DNA of 24,000 bases, taken from Ewingella americana. Its GTDB lineage: Bacteria > Pseudomonadota > Gammaproteobacteria > Enterobacterales > Enterobacteriaceae. The notes beneath the pieces were generated by a model. It was not told the DNA's origin. It worked only from the letters and a program-made list of their open reading frames with translations, and did no database searches. The stretch's first letter is position 1. Each line of letters starts with the position of its first letter. Made by a program: the position numbers and the translations under genes. Where the stretch lies: contig NZ_RCZD01000016.1 in NCBI RefSeq assembly GCF_006438725.1, positions 4,719-28,718 on the forward strand. Direction: 5' to 3'. Shown here in pieces: positions 23,243-24,000 of the stretch.

Positions 23243-24000
23243 TGAATTCCCTCTTCAGGAATATTCTCAGGTGAAAGGGCGATACCAAATCTCTCGGAAA
23301 GAAGCTGAGAAAGCGCCTGTTTATCTGCAATTTCAACGGATAAGGAAGAGAATCCATTAACTTCTGTGAAAGTATTGTTGCGTATACTTATCCTACCGTT
23401 TTCTGTCGGAAGGCTCGCAACCTGGTTCGTGTTAAGGAGACTTTGTGGAGAATGAAGGGTGTAGAAATAAGCCATATTGATATCAGGTTGAAAAGTTGCT
23501 GTGTCATGAAAGGAATAAATATCTTCCCAGACAGCATTAGGTTTACTGTTTTCTTTTACGGAGACTACCCAGCCATGTACAGAGTTTCTGGTGACTTTGG
23601 AAGAAAGGAAAATATGCTCATGGATATAACCATCAATAAGCAGCAAAGGGGCACGCGGGCCTTTTGCACCAAAACCCACATCAAAAATCCACCGTTCCTC
23701 ATTGATAGAGACTATAGATAACTGATGGGTTGCTGGCGTCATAAAAGGAATAAGCACCTTAGCCAATCGCGAACAGTGCACATAGCCTAAATGATCAAAA
23801 AGCTTTTCAAGCAACACCATAAACTCGAAACAGATCCCCCCTCTATTACTAAATATTACCTTATGGGCAATGTCATCATATGACAACTCGCCAGCTCCGT
23901 TATCCTTCATTGTAAAGTTCTCAAACGGAACTGAATAGAAATGAGCTTTGTGCAGAGCAACAAGGTAGTGTATATCTTTGGCGTATTTTTCCTTAAAATT
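23239..24000 (-). CDS. arylamine N-acetyltransferase (NAT) family, 5' end beyond the window
   Basis: Catalytic Cys in NRGGICFEF, His in PATHQLS, Asp in IFDVGFG. The frame stays open upstream of the track's Met (23910) to nt 24000 and encodes ...LVALHKAHFYSVPFENFT, the conserved NAT N-terminal PFEN motif. The gene is therefore partial. Confidence 0.8.
   Translation of the reverse strand, partial: NFKEKYAKDIHYLVALHKAHFYSVPFENFTMKDNGAGELSYDDIAHKVIFSNRGGICFEFMVLLEKLFDHLGYVHCSRLAKVLIPFMTPATHQLSIVSINEERWIFDVGFGAKGPRAPLLLIDGYIHEHIFLSSKVTRNSVHGWVVSVKENSKPNAVWEDIYSFHDTATFQPDINMAYFYTLHSPQSLLNTNQVASLPTENGRISIRNNTFTEVNGFSSLSVEIADKQALSQLLSERFGIALSPENIPEEGIQ

Overview
The window reads as a mosaic segment of a large Enterobacterales-type iteron plasmid with a RepE/IncFIB-like Rep_3 initiator. 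All family calls come from motif-level reading of the supplied translations and the DNA; no database search was run.

Left to right:
1. A GC-rich, leading-region-like block: an orphan beta-class DNA methyltransferase with a translationally coupled 74-aa ORF, small hypothetical genes, and a 540-bp non-coding spacer.
2. A type II ParM/ParR partition cassette with inverted-repeat parC-like sites.
3. A LexA-box-controlled umuD-umuC operon, transcribed divergently from the partition cassette. The umuC homologue carries a 1-nt frameshift in a T-run at codon 10.
4. An AT-rich replicon core: type Ib ParA plus an RHH partner, an FRG-domain pseudogene, DnaA boxes, five direct iterons, repA, then three direct and three inverted iterons.
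5. A ParE/RelE-type toxin-antitoxin pair.
6. A GC-rich, tightly coupled operon encoding an RHH-domain protein and a soluble KAP-family P-loop NTPase. This is my best candidate for an undescribed defence-type system.
7. A 110-aa ORF and a gene with an R-x4-H (HEPN-like) motif whose stop overlaps the start of a tyrosine recombinase.
8. A wHTH-like gene cut by an internally deleted IS3-family element that keeps both terminal inverted repeats.
9. An AT-rich six-gene minus-strand operon that runs off the right edge. It encodes an arylamine N-acetyltransferase, a YdeN-type serine hydrolase, an MFS transporter, an AurF-like diiron oxygenase, an FNR/2Fe-2S reductase and an ATP-grasp ligase. It looks like an uncharacterised small-molecule biosynthetic or modification cluster.
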